From an uncultured Candidatus Saccharibacteria bacterium (GTDB lineage: Bacteria > Patescibacteriota > Saccharimonadia > Saccharimonadales > CAIOMD01): DNA of 64,000 bases. How positions within the stretch are numbered: the stretch's first letter is position 1; each line of letters begins with the position of its first letter. The stretch spans positions 385,934 to 449,933 of the forward strand of contig OY970318.1 in NCBI GenBank assembly GCA_963716565.1, in the 5' to 3' direction. Positions 11,499 to 22,683 of the stretch are shown here, one piece after another. A model generated the notes under the pieces. That model saw nothing but the letters and a program-made list of their open reading frames with translations. It was not told the DNA's origin and made no database searches. A program made the position numbers and the translations under genes.

Positions 11499-14093
11499 TT
11501 AGCGATGTTTCTTTTTACGATTTTGGCGTTCTTTTTTACGAGTTCGACGCTTTTTTGCGTTGAGCTGTACTTTATTCTTAGTTTTTCTTGGTACTAAAAT
11601 CGCCTTCATCTACTATTTCGGCTTCGGTTATTGTATCGGCATTATCAACCGAGCTACGAGCTGCTCTGGTTAGTTCTGTTTCGTGCATTTTGCTTTCTTC
11701 GGGTACTTTTATCTACTGGCATAGCATGCATTAAATTACGTAGAACTTCTCGTCTTAACACTTTTTGCATAGCTTCAAACATAGCCTGGCCACGACGTCG
11801 ATATTCTACTAAAGGATCACGCTGACCAACGCTTGTCCAATGAATACCTTCGCGCAAGTGTTGCATATCTTCTAGGTGCTGCATCCATAAATTATCAAGA
11901 ATTTGAAAATATATATCACGTTCAATTAGACGCATAATTGGTGCCGTAAAGGCTGTTTCGCGAGCTTTATATAACTCTAGAGCTTCTTGATTTAGGACCA
12001 TAGCAAACTTATCGGCTTCGGCATCAAATAATCTATCTAGAGTTGGCTGCATCAAACGGAAAAACTTCGTTAATATATTTTTCGTAATCTTTTACTTTGA
12101 CCAGCCAACATAGCTAATTCGCTAGATTCTTCTTTAATAAATTGCTTTATGCGATCTTCAATATTAGCGTTTTCTAGCAAAGCTCGTCGAGTTTCGTAAG
12201 TGACTTTACGATGGCGATTCATAACGTCATCATACTTAACAACATTCTTGCGAGCATCAAAGTTAAAGCCTTCTACCTTCTTTTGAGCACCTTCTAATGA
12301 CTTGCTAACAACTCGGTTTTCTAGTGGCATATCTTCATCGACTTTTAATCTATCCATTAAAGCAGCAATTTTTTCGCCACCAAAAATACGCATTAAGTCA
12401 TCTTCGGTGCTAACATAAAATTGGGTAGTACCTGGATCGCCCTGACGGCCACAACGACCTCTTAGCTGATTATCGATTCGCCTAGATTCGTGACGTTCAC
12501 TACCAAGAACAAATAAGCCGCCAAGTTCAACTACACCCTCACCCAACACAATGTCAGTACCTCGACCAGCAATGTTAGTAGCCAAGGTGACTGCACCTTT
12601 TTGACCAGCTTTAGCAATAATGGCTGCTTCTTTTTCGTTGTTTTTGGCGTTTAGCATCTCGTGCGGAACGCCGGCTTTTGTTAAAGCATTATGGATTTCT
12701 TCGTTACTTTCAATAGAAGCCGTACCCAGTAGAACCGGTTGCCCTTTTTCGTGTAAGTTCTTTAACAGCCTTAACAATAGCTCTAATTTTTGCTGCTTTG
12801 GTTTTATAAATTCTGTCTGGCAAATCTTTTCGTTTTATTGGCCGATTAGTTGGTATGTCAATGACATCTAGCTTATAGATCTGATGGAATTCTTCGCTTT
12901 CGGTCATAGCCGTACCAGTCATACCGGCTAGTTTTTCGTACAATCTAAAGTAGTTCTGGAATGAAATCGTCGCTAGCGTCATTGATTCTTCTTGAACTTC
13001 TACACTCTCTTTGGCCTCGATTGCCTGGTGTAAACCTTCGTTATAACGACGACCCTTTAGTAAGCGACCAGTAAAGTCATCAACAATAATTACTTCGCCA
13101 TCGTTGGTTACAACATAATCTTTGTCGCGAACAAATAATGTTTGAGCTCTTAGGGCCTGTTCTAGGTGATAAATAGTTCGGACGTTAGCTTCTTCGTATA
13201 AATTCTTAATACCTAGCAGTTTTTCTACTTTTTCAACGCCATCATCGGTTAAGGTCACCCGTTTTTCTTTTTCGTCGACAACGTAATACTTGGGTTCTAG
13301 TTGGGCTATAACCCTGAGCAAATTGTTGATAGGCTTGACCACTCGATGTGCTTGGCGCCGAAATAATCAACGGCGTTCGAGCTTCGTCAATTAATATTGA
13401 GTCAACTTCGTCAACTATAGCATAGTGCAATTTACGCTGACGCAGTTGATCGACTTCGCGCACCATGTTGTCTCTTAAATAATCAAAACCAAATTCGTTG
13501 TTAGTGCCATAAGTAATATCTGCTTTGTAAGCTTCTTGTCGAGTACAGGGTCTTAGATGTCTAAAGCGTTCATCGGAATGGTCTTCGTTGTTATAATCTG
13601 GGTCATAAATTAACGACACATCTGGGTAAATTACCCCTACCGTTAGGCCTAAGAAATTATAGATTGAACCCATCCACCCGGCATCACGCTGGGCTAAGTA
13701 TTCGTTAACCGTAACAACGTGCACCCCTTGGCCGGTTAAGGCATTTAGATACACCGGTACTGTGGCTACTAAGGTTTTACCTTCACCAGTTTTCATTTCG
13801 GCAATATCACCTTCGTGCAATACAATGCCACCAATCAGCTGAACATCAAAATGCCTTTGGCCTAGTTTGCGTTTAGCTGTTTCACGAACCACCGCAAAAG
13901 CATCCGGCAAAATTTTATCTAACGACTCTTTTTTTAGGCGCTCTTTCAAAACGGTAGTTTGGGCGGCCAAATCTTTATCTTTTAGCTTGGAATACTTAGA
14001 TTCCAGCTTGTTAATTTCTACCACTCTACGGCGCAAACGACGGACTTTACCCTTTTGATTGTCGCCAAGTACCCGCTTTAAAAAACTCGCCAT
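11499..14093 (-). CDS. secA: Preprotein translocase ATPase SecA (split over 4+ frames)
   Basis: [62 protein letters not shown]. The tail is basic and has no Zn-binding motif. Confidence 0.96.
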
Positions 14094-14191
14094 AAGTTAT
14101 CAAACCTCTCTTAAAAAGTTTAAGCTTTTGTTAGCTTAGTATCACTACGTTGCTATATTGTACCTTATCCAACCCTATTTCGAAATAATGT

Positions 14192-14569
14192 CTAACTTGT
14201 TTTTTTACGAATGATTTTACCCAAAAAGGCTCTAACTTGGGTTTCGCGATGACCGCGCTTGGCCGAAAAACTGGCCTTGTATTTTCTTAGCTGGGCTTTG
14301 AGCTTTTCTTCTACAATATCAATGGCTGCATACATGTTCACCGTACTATCACTGGCCGTAATAGTTTCGCCAGGCAATTGCAGACTAACCTCAACCGTGC
14401 AACGTCTTTTTGTACGATCCTTGCCTTCGCTTAAACGAACCTCGGCAAAAGCACTTTTGCGAGCATGGCGAGGCATATAATTGTCTAATTTGGAAATTTT
14501 TTGGTTTATATAGCTCTCTAGGTCTTTGGTTGTTTCGGTATGAATAGTTTTTATTTCTATCCTGTTCAT
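14192..14569 (-). CDS. hpf: Ribosome hibernation factor (HPF/RaiA)
   Basis: MYAAIDIVEEKLKAQLRKYK motif; located upstream of secA. Confidence 0.88.
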   Translation of the reverse strand: MNRIEIKTIHTETTKDLESYINQKISKLDNYMPRHARKSAFAEVRLSEGKDRTKRRCTVEVSLQLPGETITASDSTVNMYAAIDIVEEKLKAQLRKYKASFSAKRGHRETQVRAFLGKIIRKKTS

Positions 14570-15807
14570 TAAATCTTTTCCCTTCCACCCATGTATGGTC
14601 GCAGAGCTTCTGGTAACAGTAGCTCTTTGCCATCAACTTGGCAGTTATCCATAACGGCCACTAGCGTTCTGGCTAGCGCCACAGCCGTACCATTTAGTGA
14701 ATGGGCCAGCTCAATTGTGCCGTCTTGGCGACGAACCTTTATGTTTAGATTTCGGGTTTGATAGTCTGTGCAGTTAGAACAACTGGTTAACTCGCGATAA
14801 GTCTGATCTATGGGGCTCCAATATTCGATGTCATATTTTTTGGCGGCCGCAGCACCTAAATCGCCACTAGCAATATCTATAACCCTATACGGTATACCTA
14901 AGGCCTGCCAGACCGCCTCTTCGATTTCTAATAGTTTTGCGTGCATAGCTTGGCTGTTTTCGGGAAGTGTAAAGGCATACATTTCTAACTTATTAAACTG
15001 GTGGACCCTAAACAACCCCCTGGTATGTTTGCCATAAGCGCCAGCTTCTTTGCGGTAACACGGACTGTAAGCGCAATACGTTAAAGGCAAGGCAGCTTCA
15101 TCTAAGACTTCATCTTTATGATAGCCGGTTAATGGAATTTCGGCAGTGGCAATCATAGTTAGGTCTTCGCCTTCTATATAGTACTCATCACTCTGCTCGC
15201 TAGTTCTTGGCGCAAAGCCAGCACCGGCAGCTACGTTTGAAGATACCATGTGCGGAACGGCCATAAATTGAAAATCTCTTTTAAGCAATAAGTCTAGGGT
15301 GAACTGGTAAAGGGCGTTTTCTAGAAGAGCTAGGTCGCCTTTTAAATAATAAAACTTATTACCAGCAACTTTGGCACCGCGATCAAAATCTATCCAATCG
15401 TGCTTTGTAGCAAGTTCTAGGTGATCAACCCCGCCAGTTTTTTTGTCACCAAATTCCGACACCACCTTATATTCACTCTCACTGCCAATTGGCACGTCTT
15501 CTGCTGAAAGGTTTGGTATAGCCCTTAATAAAGCACTGAATTCAGCACTAATCGGCTCTAGCTCGGCCTCTAATTTGGTGATATCTTCTTTAAGCTGTCG
15601 ACCCTTTTCTATCTGCTCGGTCGAAGGCTTTTCTTTGCCGCTAGCTACTTGATTGCGCTCCTGGCGTAGCTGTTCTAGGGCGCCCAGCCCTTCGCGACGC
15701 TGTTTGTCTAGTTGTAGAAGCCTGTCTACATCTAAACTAAAACCTCGCTGCTGATTGTTTTCTTTTACTTTGTCAGGATCTTTTCGAATAATCTCTATAT
15801 CTAACAT
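14569..15807 (-). CDS. serS: Serine--tRNA ligase
   Basis: MLDI start, ATAEIPL, CYRKEAG, GLFRVHQFNKLE, TSCSNCTDYQ. Confidence 0.97.
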   Translation of the reverse strand: MLDIEIIRKDPDKVKENNQQRGFSLDVDRLLQLDKQRREGLGALEQLRQERNQVASGKEKPSTEQIEKGRQLKEDITKLEAELEPISAEFSALLRAIPNLSAEDVPIGSESEYKVVSEFGDKKTGGVDHLELATKHDWIDFDRGAKVAGNKFYYLKGDLALLENALYQFTLDLLLKRDFQFMAVPHMVSSNVAAGAGFAPRTSEQSDEYYIEGEDLTMIATAEIPLTGYHKDEVLDEAALPLTYCAYSPCYRKEAGAYGKHTRGLFRVHQFNKLEMYAFTLPENSQAMHAKLLEIEEAVWQALGIPYRVIDIASGDLGAAAAKKYDIEYWSPIDQTYRELTSCSNCTDYQTRNLNIKVRRQDGTIELAHSLNGTAVALARTLVAVMDNCQVDGKELLLPEALRPYMGGREKI

Positions 15808-15846
15808 GCTAGTAATTATACTTCTTTTAAGGACAGCTCGCCAAAG

Positions 15847-16626
15847 CTATTTTTTACGCTTGCTCAGATGATCGAGAGTCAGTTGGGTGCGAGATTTAGC
15901 GTAAGTACAAAATTCACAGTCGCCACCCATAACGGCCACGCCAATTTTATCGGGCATGGGGCCTTCTAGGCATTTTTTTACATCTATCAAGGTAGGCTCT
16001 ACCCAGTTATCGTTACCCTTATAAGATATAAGTTTGGTTTTAAACTCTACCTTGTCAAAAAAGCCTTCGGCCTCACTTATGCCATTGGTATAAACAAAAT
16101 AGCCTGTATCACTCACCTTAAAGCCGTTCTGCCTGAATAACCATTGATAAACTTCCATTTGCCGTTTATAGGTAATCTGCCAATCGGCGTCTAAGCTTAC
16201 TTCGGTCTTTTTTGAGGTAGCCTTATAGTCAACAATTATTAGTTCGCCACTAGGTGTAACCCAAACATCATCAATGGCGCCAAACACTAAAAAATTGGTT
16301 GGTTTGTGCAGATATTGGATACCCACAAAATTCTCGCGCCACTTGCTTAAATCTTTATGCTCAAACGGGATTGCATCAATTTTGTGTTCAATCATCCAGT
16401 GGTGTGCAATCTGTTTTTTGCGGAATTCATCAAACTCTTTCTTTAACAATTCATCTATTGCCTTGTTTATTTGGAAAGGTGGGCTGCTCGGCCGTTTAAT
16501 GCCAATTACCCTGTCTAGCCAAAGACATCTGGGGCATTGCACGAATAAATCAATCTTACTGCGACTTAATTTAAAGGACTCAGTTTGGCCAGGTTTATAT
16601 TTAGTATCGTATCTTGAATATGCCAT
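15847..16626 (-). CDS. PD-(D/E)XK nuclease family protein (RecB/Cas4-like, 4 Cys)
   Basis: LSRSKIDLFVQCPRC, GAIDD, IVDYK, QMEVY, C-terminal CEFC. Confidence 0.85.
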   Translation of the reverse strand: MAYSRYDTKYKPGQTESFKLSRSKIDLFVQCPRCLWLDRVIGIKRPSSPPFQINKAIDELLKKEFDEFRKKQIAHHWMIEHKIDAIPFEHKDLSKWRENFVGIQYLHKPTNFLVFGAIDDVWVTPSGELIIVDYKATSKKTEVSLDADWQITYKRQMEVYQWLFRQNGFKVSDTGYFVYTNGISEAEGFFDKVEFKTKLISYKGNDNWVEPTLIDVKKCLEGPMPDKIGVAVMGGDCEFCTYAKSRTQLTLDHLSKRKK

Positions 16627-16635
16627 TAAAACTCC

Positions 16636-17349
16636 TTAAATAGTTAGGGCAACAGTTAGTGCGGCGATAGCAGCCGTTTCGGCTCTTAATGTCATATCCG
16701 ACAAGTTTATATGAGGCAGGTTATTCTCTCTAAATATGTCCTTTTCTTTTTCGCTCCACCCGCCCTCTGGCCCAATTAAAATACCAAATTCCTGTTCTTT
16801 CGGCAGCAACCGACCCGATCCTTCCGTAGCCTGTTCGCATATATACAGTGACAGATTTTTATATTCTTCTAGGGCTTCTGTTAAACTGATTGGCTCCCTA
16901 ATAACTGGTATGTCACTGCGGCCACACTGTTCGGCGGCTTCTATAGCAATTTTTTGAGACCGTTCTACATTTAAATCGGTTTTTTCGCTACGCTCAGAAA
17001 TTATTGGCACTAAGTCGCTTACGCCTAATTCGGTTGCCTTTTGGATTACCCAGTCGTTCTTGTCATTTTTTAGCAGCGACCATAATAAATAAACATGTTT
17101 TTTGGGCATCTTACGCTCTATCTCGGTGACCATTTCTAGTAAAACCGACAGCGAAGATTCGATGTCTTTTATCTTATATAAGCGTTCTTCTGTGTCATTG
17201 AATAGAATCAACTGATCGCCGGATTTATATCGCAATACTTTTAGCCACTGATTCAGAAGATTAGCGTCGTGAATCCACACTATTTGGCTAAGCTCTAGCT
17301 TGCCTGCTTTGTCGTGGACAGACTCTACATAGAATCTATGCAACTTCAT
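16636..17349 (-). CDS. rsmE: 16S rRNA m3U1498 methyltransferase
   Basis: QKATELGV, EAAEQCGR, IGPEGGWS, LRAETAA. Confidence 0.95.
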   Translation of the reverse strand: MKLHRFYVESVHDKAGKLELSQIVWIHDANLLNQWLKVLRYKSGDQLILFNDTEERLYKIKDIESSLSVLLEMVTEIERKMPKKHVYLLWSLLKNDKNDWVIQKATELGVSDLVPIISERSEKTDLNVERSQKIAIEAAEQCGRSDIPVIREPISLTEALEEYKNLSLYICEQATEGSGRLLPKEQEFGILIGPEGGWSEKEKDIFRENNLPHINLSDMTLRAETAAIAALTVALTI

Positions 17350-17362
17350 TAGCCAAAAACCC

Positions 17363-18179
17363 TTAAGGCCTCAAACTACCGGCAAAAACTTGCCAGGCTA
17401 AAGCACTTTTTGCAACTACACTTAAAATCATATAAACCCGTTCGCCAAATAGGTAGTTCTTCCAGGGGCCAATCTTTTTATACTGTAAACACATGTTAAT
17501 AGCAAAACAGTTAAAGAATATAAAAATACTGGCGTAAATTCCGTACACAAAACCAGGTACGCCACCGCTACCAAAAGCACTGGCTCCTACAAAATAAATA
17601 ACCAACACTAGCCATGGAATAAAACCGCTTAAACAACCAATCCAAAATGTATACCAGTTGGTTTTTTGGGTAGCTTGATTCCATAGTTCCATGCCCAATC
17701 CCATCAAATTCATAATTGCGGTAAGGAAGAATATCATGACTAGATTGCTTAGCTCATACACGCCACTAAGCATGGCAATCGCCACCATCATAGTGCTGGC
17801 ACTGACGGCATATTCTATCCAGCGAGCTTTATTAATGCCCTTTTTTAAATCTTTTTCGTATCTTTTACGATATATTGTTGCCACAATTAAGTGTGCAAAG
17901 GCCGACATAAACAAAAATGATACTGTTAGCCAAGCAAATTGAACATCAAACAAGTTGCGAGTGGCAGTTTCTAAGGCTTTGAGTCGATTCATTAAAAGTT
18001 AAATAGGTAGTAGTGACTGGCAAAAAGAAACTTTTAGCAATAATAGCCATAACTACAGCTTGGACAACATGCAAACCGGCCATTATATAATTAAAACGAT
18101 TTAAATATTGCATAGTTATTTGGCGGCGTTTTTTAGAGCCAAAAGATAGCCTAAAGTAGGTCAGTTTGATTTTTTTCAT
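17363..18179 (-). CDS. heR: Heliorhodopsin (one apparent 1-nt insertion near 17975)
   Basis: Joining ORFs 17946-18179 and 17363-17992 gives AGLHVVQ, TTYLTFNESTQ-LETATRNLFD, AFAHL, RWIEYAVSAS, GERVYMILSVVAKS (retinal Lys). AGGAGG lies 8 nt before ATG 18179. Confidence 0.92.
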
Positions 18180-18230
18180 TCGCTTATCCTCCTATTTATA
18201 ATTTTACATTTAAGTAGATTATCCATGGTT

Positions 18231-20192
18231 CTATTTCCAAAGCTGCAAATTTTTCGTTAATTCGGCGGCAATCTCATTTGGTGCAAAGAATGCAATACCG
18301 TAGAATGTCGTAGCTTCAATGGTCTGCTCTTTCATGGTGTCAATAATTTCTTGGTCATTAGTCGTATCTTGCATCTCTTTGATAAAAACGTGGTGTTTTA
18401 GTTTGCGTTCGCAGACGTTAGTGTAAATCTTATGCAATTCTTTCTCATCAGCTCGCATGATGATAATCGGATATTGAGGGTTGCGGGGCAACTTTTCGCC
18501 ATCTTGGCTAACAAAATAATCGCCACTAACTAATTGCTCTTTGTCTACCATGCTACCGATTATTGCATTCATATGTGCAACGGCATTTGTAACGCGCCAA
18601 GGCTCTAGATCTTTATTGACAACGGCTACAATGCGCCTAGAAAAATCTTGGGGGGAACTTCTGCCATGGCTAATGTCAGATTTTGTTGCAAAGACTTCAG
18701 GGTAAAACTCCCGGGTTGTATTATCAACTTCTAATCTAAGTTGTGGGAATGGTACACCTTCGCGGGCCGTTACGCCCTCGAATACCCAAAAAACCCGTTC
18801 ACTGATGCCCCAACCACATGCCGGTGGCATTCCGTATTCCAGCATTTCTACGTAATCAATATCTAACATCATAGCTTCTTCGTCACCGCTATCACGCATT
18901 TGTTGTTGTTCTACAAATCGATTTAGCTGTTCCAACGGGTCATTTAGTTCGCTAAAACCATTGCCTAGCTCGCTACCGCCGATAATGGCTGAAAACGCTG
19001 AACGGTGTTAGGCTTAATGGGGTCTACCTTGGCGAGCGGGCTAATAAATAATGGCATACTCACCAACCAGATCGGGCCAGCAATATCTTTGCGTAGATTC
19101 TTCCAAAGTTTATCAATTCCCCGCGATATGTTTTCGGCTTTTTCTACCTCTAGTTTGTTTTCGACTAACAGTTTCTTAACTTCTTCTAAACTGCAGTTAA
19201 AAACATCTATACCATATTTTTGCTGCATTAAATCGGCATAATCTTGTTGTGGCCAATCTTGGCTTAAATCTACATCAAAACCATTAACTTTAAACTGTAA
19301 CTTGCCATAAACCTCGTTTAGCACATAACTATACATTTCGGTTGTTAGCTTTATGCCATCTTGCCAGTCGGCATAAGCCCAGTACCATTCCATGGCAATA
19401 TGTTCTGGCAAATGTTCATCAGAATAATTTTCGTTTCTAAAGCGTGGACCAATATCAAATACCTTTTCGTAACCACCACCTATCAACCTTTTTAGTGGTA
19501 GTTCTTGGCTTATTCTTAAATAAAAATCTTGGTCTAGCGCATCCATGTGAGTAACAAATGGCTTAGCATCAGCTCCGCCAGTGGTATGTTCTAATACCGG
19601 AACATTCATTTCGTAAAAACCATTGTCTACCAAGAATTGTCTCGTAGCTTGCCAAAAATGGCTACGTCTTATGTACCGTTCATAGACGTCTTTATTTATA
19701 TTTGTATCTATGTAGCGGCGCCTTAAACGTTCTTCTTTATTAGAAAAACCATCGTAGCTATTGGGCATTGGCCTTAAGCTTTTTGTAAGCAACCTTAAGG
19801 TTTTAGCTTCAACCGATATCTCACCAGTTTGTGTCTTGATAACCAATCCCGAGCCTTCTATAAAGTCACCAATATCTAGTAAGGCTAGATCTTCTAAGCC
19901 AATAAAACCATCAGCAGGCTGGGTGGATCCAACGGTTCCCTCTTTAATAAAAAGTTGTACCGAACCACTAGCGTCTTTAATGGCAATAAAAGCGATTTTA
20001 CCAAATTTTCTAATATTAATAATTCGGCCAGCTACGGTAACTTCTTTACCCTTTAAGTTCATCAAAACCAGCTACAACAGATTGGCATTGATGAGTCCGA
20101 TTAGCCTTAGCCGGATATGGATTAAAGCCCTTATCTTTTAACGCCTGCAGTTTGCGCAGTCGTTCATCCCTTAACTCTTTTAGTGTAGCCAT
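18231..20192 (-). CDS. lysS: Lysine--tRNA ligase (class II), frameshifted, with apparent C-terminal DUF2000-like extension
   Basis: GGADAKPFVTH, LRISQELPLKRLIGGG, FRNE, EYGMPPACGWG; the frame then continues into RIVAVVNKDL..NAVAH..YPIIIM..YGIAFF. Confidence 0.93.
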
Positions 20193-20235
20193 AACTTAAA
20201 AACTAGTATAACAAATAATGTCTGGGTGGGTTATG

Positions 20236-20850
20236 TTATTCAGTTGGCTCGATAGTTTCGTCTGTCTGGTTGGCAATAACTACGTATCTCTGCCAATCTG
20301 TACCGATAGGCCAACAAGTTACTAGGCTAATTTTTTTGCCATCACCTTGTTCCAAAATACTAAAATCATTTGAGTTTACTATTTTTTTAGACTCAACGAC
20401 GTATTTATAGATTTTGCCCTCGCGATATATTAGCACTTCGTCACCATTTTCTAAGCGATGCAAAGTTGAAAATATAGTTTCGTAATAACTACCACCCCGA
20501 CCAGAACTATGCCCAAAGAACGCTACGTTACCCGTTTCACCTGGCATGGCAGTACCCGGCATGTGCCCCACTCCATTGCCAAAACCACGATACAGGTCCC
20601 AGGTATTCCCTGGATAGAATAAATTAGCTATCACATTTAAGGCTGGAATCTCTAGCCGGTCCGTTACTTCTTTATCATTTTCTTGTGATTTAGCTTGCTC
20701 GTAGGCTGCAACATTATCTTCTTTGTCAAAGGTTATATTCTTCCATAGCCCAGAAAAGTTTATGGCAATCCATATACCAACAACGCCCAATATCCCAACA
20801 GCAATAAGTAACAACGCCCATTTAAGTTTTTTAGATTTTGGCTTATCCAT
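20236..20850 (-). CDS. Sortase (class D/E-like)
   Basis: N-terminal TM; catalytic triad in GNVAFFGH, LVTC and QRY. Confidence 0.9.
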   Translation of the reverse strand: MDKPKSKKLKWALLLIAVGILGVVGIWIAINFSGLWKNITFDKEDNVAAYEQAKSQENDKEVTDRLEIPALNVIANLFYPGNTWDLYRGFGNGVGHMPGTAMPGETGNVAFFGHSSGRGGSYYETIFSTLHRLENGDEVLIYREGKIYKYVVESKKIVNSNDFSILEQGDGKKISLVTCWPIGTDWQRYVVIANQTDETIEPTE

Positions 20851-20867
20851 CTAAAGATAGTTGCTAA

Positions 20868-21329
20868 CTAGCCTAGTTCAGCAATAACGTATTTAGCAGT
20901 TTCAACAGGTGTAGATATCTCTACTTCTTCACCAACTTTTTTATTAAGCAAAACCAGGCCAATTGGCGATTCATCGGAAATCTTGCCAGATAGTGGATCG
21001 GCTTCTACGGTGCCAACAATTTTAAACTCTAAGGTCTTACCGCCCCGCCCTTTTAGCTTTACATTAGAGCCCATTTTAACCTTGTCACTATTCCTTGGAG
21101 CGCTAATTTTTTCGACATTTTTTAGGATGTGTTCGATTTCGCTAATACGATTTTCGTTGCGCTCTTGTTCGTTACGAGCAGCCGCATATTCAGCGTTCTC
21201 ACTTAAATCGCCTAACTCGCGAGCACTTTTAATGCGTTCAGTTATTTGGCCGCGCTCGGCAACCAATCCGCCCAATTCTGCCATGAGCTCATCAATACCA
21301 TCTTGAGTCAACTTAAATTGCTTTTTCAC
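20868..21329 (-). CDS. greA: Transcription elongation factor GreA
   Basis: GDLSENAEY, ISDESPIG. Confidence 0.96.
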   Translation of the reverse strand: MKKQFKLTQDGIDELMAELGGLVAERGQITERIKSARELGDLSENAEYAAARNEQERNENRISEIEHILKNVEKISAPRNSDKVKMGSNVKLKGRGGKTLEFKIVGTVEADPLSGKISDESPIGLVLLNKKVGEEVEISTPVETAKYVIAELG

Positions 21330-21405
21330 TTGATCTCCTACTTAATTAAAAACCCTCAGTCACCTCTGTAATGTCAACCAATGTTGCCATAGTATATAGC
21401 AAAAT

Positions 21406-22659
21406 TTATTTGTTGCCTAGTACTTTTATGAATTCCTTTTCGGACATCATTTGGGTATTGTCATGGGTACGCTTCTTGACTTCTAACTGTCTTTTTTCGA
21501 GCGTTTGCTCGCTAATTACCACTCTGTAGGGTATGCCATATAAATCGGCATCGTTAAATTTGACGCCCGCTCTTTCGTCCCTATCATCCCAAAAGATACT
21601 TACGCCTTGTTCGTTGCAATCATCATAGAACTTTTTAGAAGCTGCTTTTACATTTTCTGAGTCGCCGATTTGAGCCAAATAGACCTTAAATGGGGCTACG
21701 TTTTCTGGCCAAACTAAGCCTCTTTCGTCACTAAATAACTCAGCCAAAACGCCCATTATTCTGCCTGGACCAATGCCATAACAACCCATATAAACCGGTT
21801 GCACTTGCCCGTCTTTATCAGTGTAAGTTAAGCCTAGCGGCTTACTATATTTTGTTCCCAACGGGAATATGTTGCCTACTTCAATGCCCGATTTTTCTAC
21901 CAGATGGGCTTTATCAATCCCTAGCTCGGCCAACAGCTCATCATCTAGCACTTCTTTATTGATGGCTATCTTTTTATCTTGATCTATATAAATGGTGTCT
22001 TCGCCAATATCACTAATAGTTTGGAATTCATGGCTAAATTTAGAAAAACTCCCGCCGCTAGCAAAAGTAATGTATGTTATATCTCCAATACCCAGCCGTT
22101 TAAATACCTTGTGATAAGCATCAGTCATCTTGTTATAAAAAGCTTCGTGTTCTTCGGGCGTACGGCTGAAGGAATATAAATCTTTCATTAAAAATTCCCG
22201 GCACCGCAAAAGACCACTCTTGGCTCTAAGTTCATTACGGAATTTTGTTTGGAACTGATACGGATAGCATGGCAAATCTTTATAGCTATTAACAAAGCGT
22301 CTCATTAAATTTGTCAGCGGTTCTTCGTGGGTTGGCGCCAGGCCGGCTTCGACATTATTAGATAGTTTGGTCTTAAACCAAATATCAATTACTTGGTCAT
22401 TCCAGCGACCAGTAACCTCCCAGATATCTTTGGGCTGAAGCGCCGTTAAACTAATTTCGCAGCCCCCCACTTCATCCATTTCTTCGCGGATAATTTGAAC
22501 AATATTATCTAGCACTCTCTTGCCGAGGGGCAAAAAGGCATATACACCAGCCATCTGCTTATCTATAAAACCAGCCTTTATAAGTAACTGAGCGTTTTTG
22601 GCCGGTTCGTCAACCGGAACAATACGGCTGGTTTTGGTAAATAACTGGCTAGCTTTCAT
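21406..22659 (-). CDS. proS: Proline--tRNA ligase (short form, no INS editing domain)
   Basis: LAPTHEE, FRNELRAKSGLLRCREF, IEVGNIF, MGCYGIG; 417 aa. Confidence 0.95.
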   Translation of the reverse strand: MKASQLFTKTSRIVPVDEPAKNAQLLIKAGFIDKQMAGVYAFLPLGKRVLDNIVQIIREEMDEVGGCEISLTALQPKDIWEVTGRWNDQVIDIWFKTKLSNNVEAGLAPTHEEPLTNLMRRFVNSYKDLPCYPYQFQTKFRNELRAKSGLLRCREFLMKDLYSFSRTPEEHEAFYNKMTDAYHKVFKRLGIGDITYITFASGGSFSKFSHEFQTISDIGEDTIYIDQDKKIAINKEVLDDELLAELGIDKAHLVEKSGIEVGNIFPLGTKYSKPLGLTYTDKDGQVQPVYMGCYGIGPGRIMGVLAELFSDERGLVWPENVAPFKVYLAQIGDSENVKAASKKFYDDCNEQGVSIFWDDRDERAGVKFNDADLYGIPYRVVISEQTLEKRQLEVKKRTHDNTQMMSEKEFIKVLGNK

Positions 22660-22683
22660 GGGTTAAAATGATTGTACCAGCTC

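Noticed and set aside
15847-16626. Cas4 / CRISPR system
   Set aside because: Stand-alone PD-(D/E)XK nuclease; no cas1/cas2 or repeat-spacer array was seen.
20236-20850. Giant proteins as substrates of the sortase
   Set aside because: None ends in an LPxTG-TM-basic tail; they are anchored at the N-terminus.
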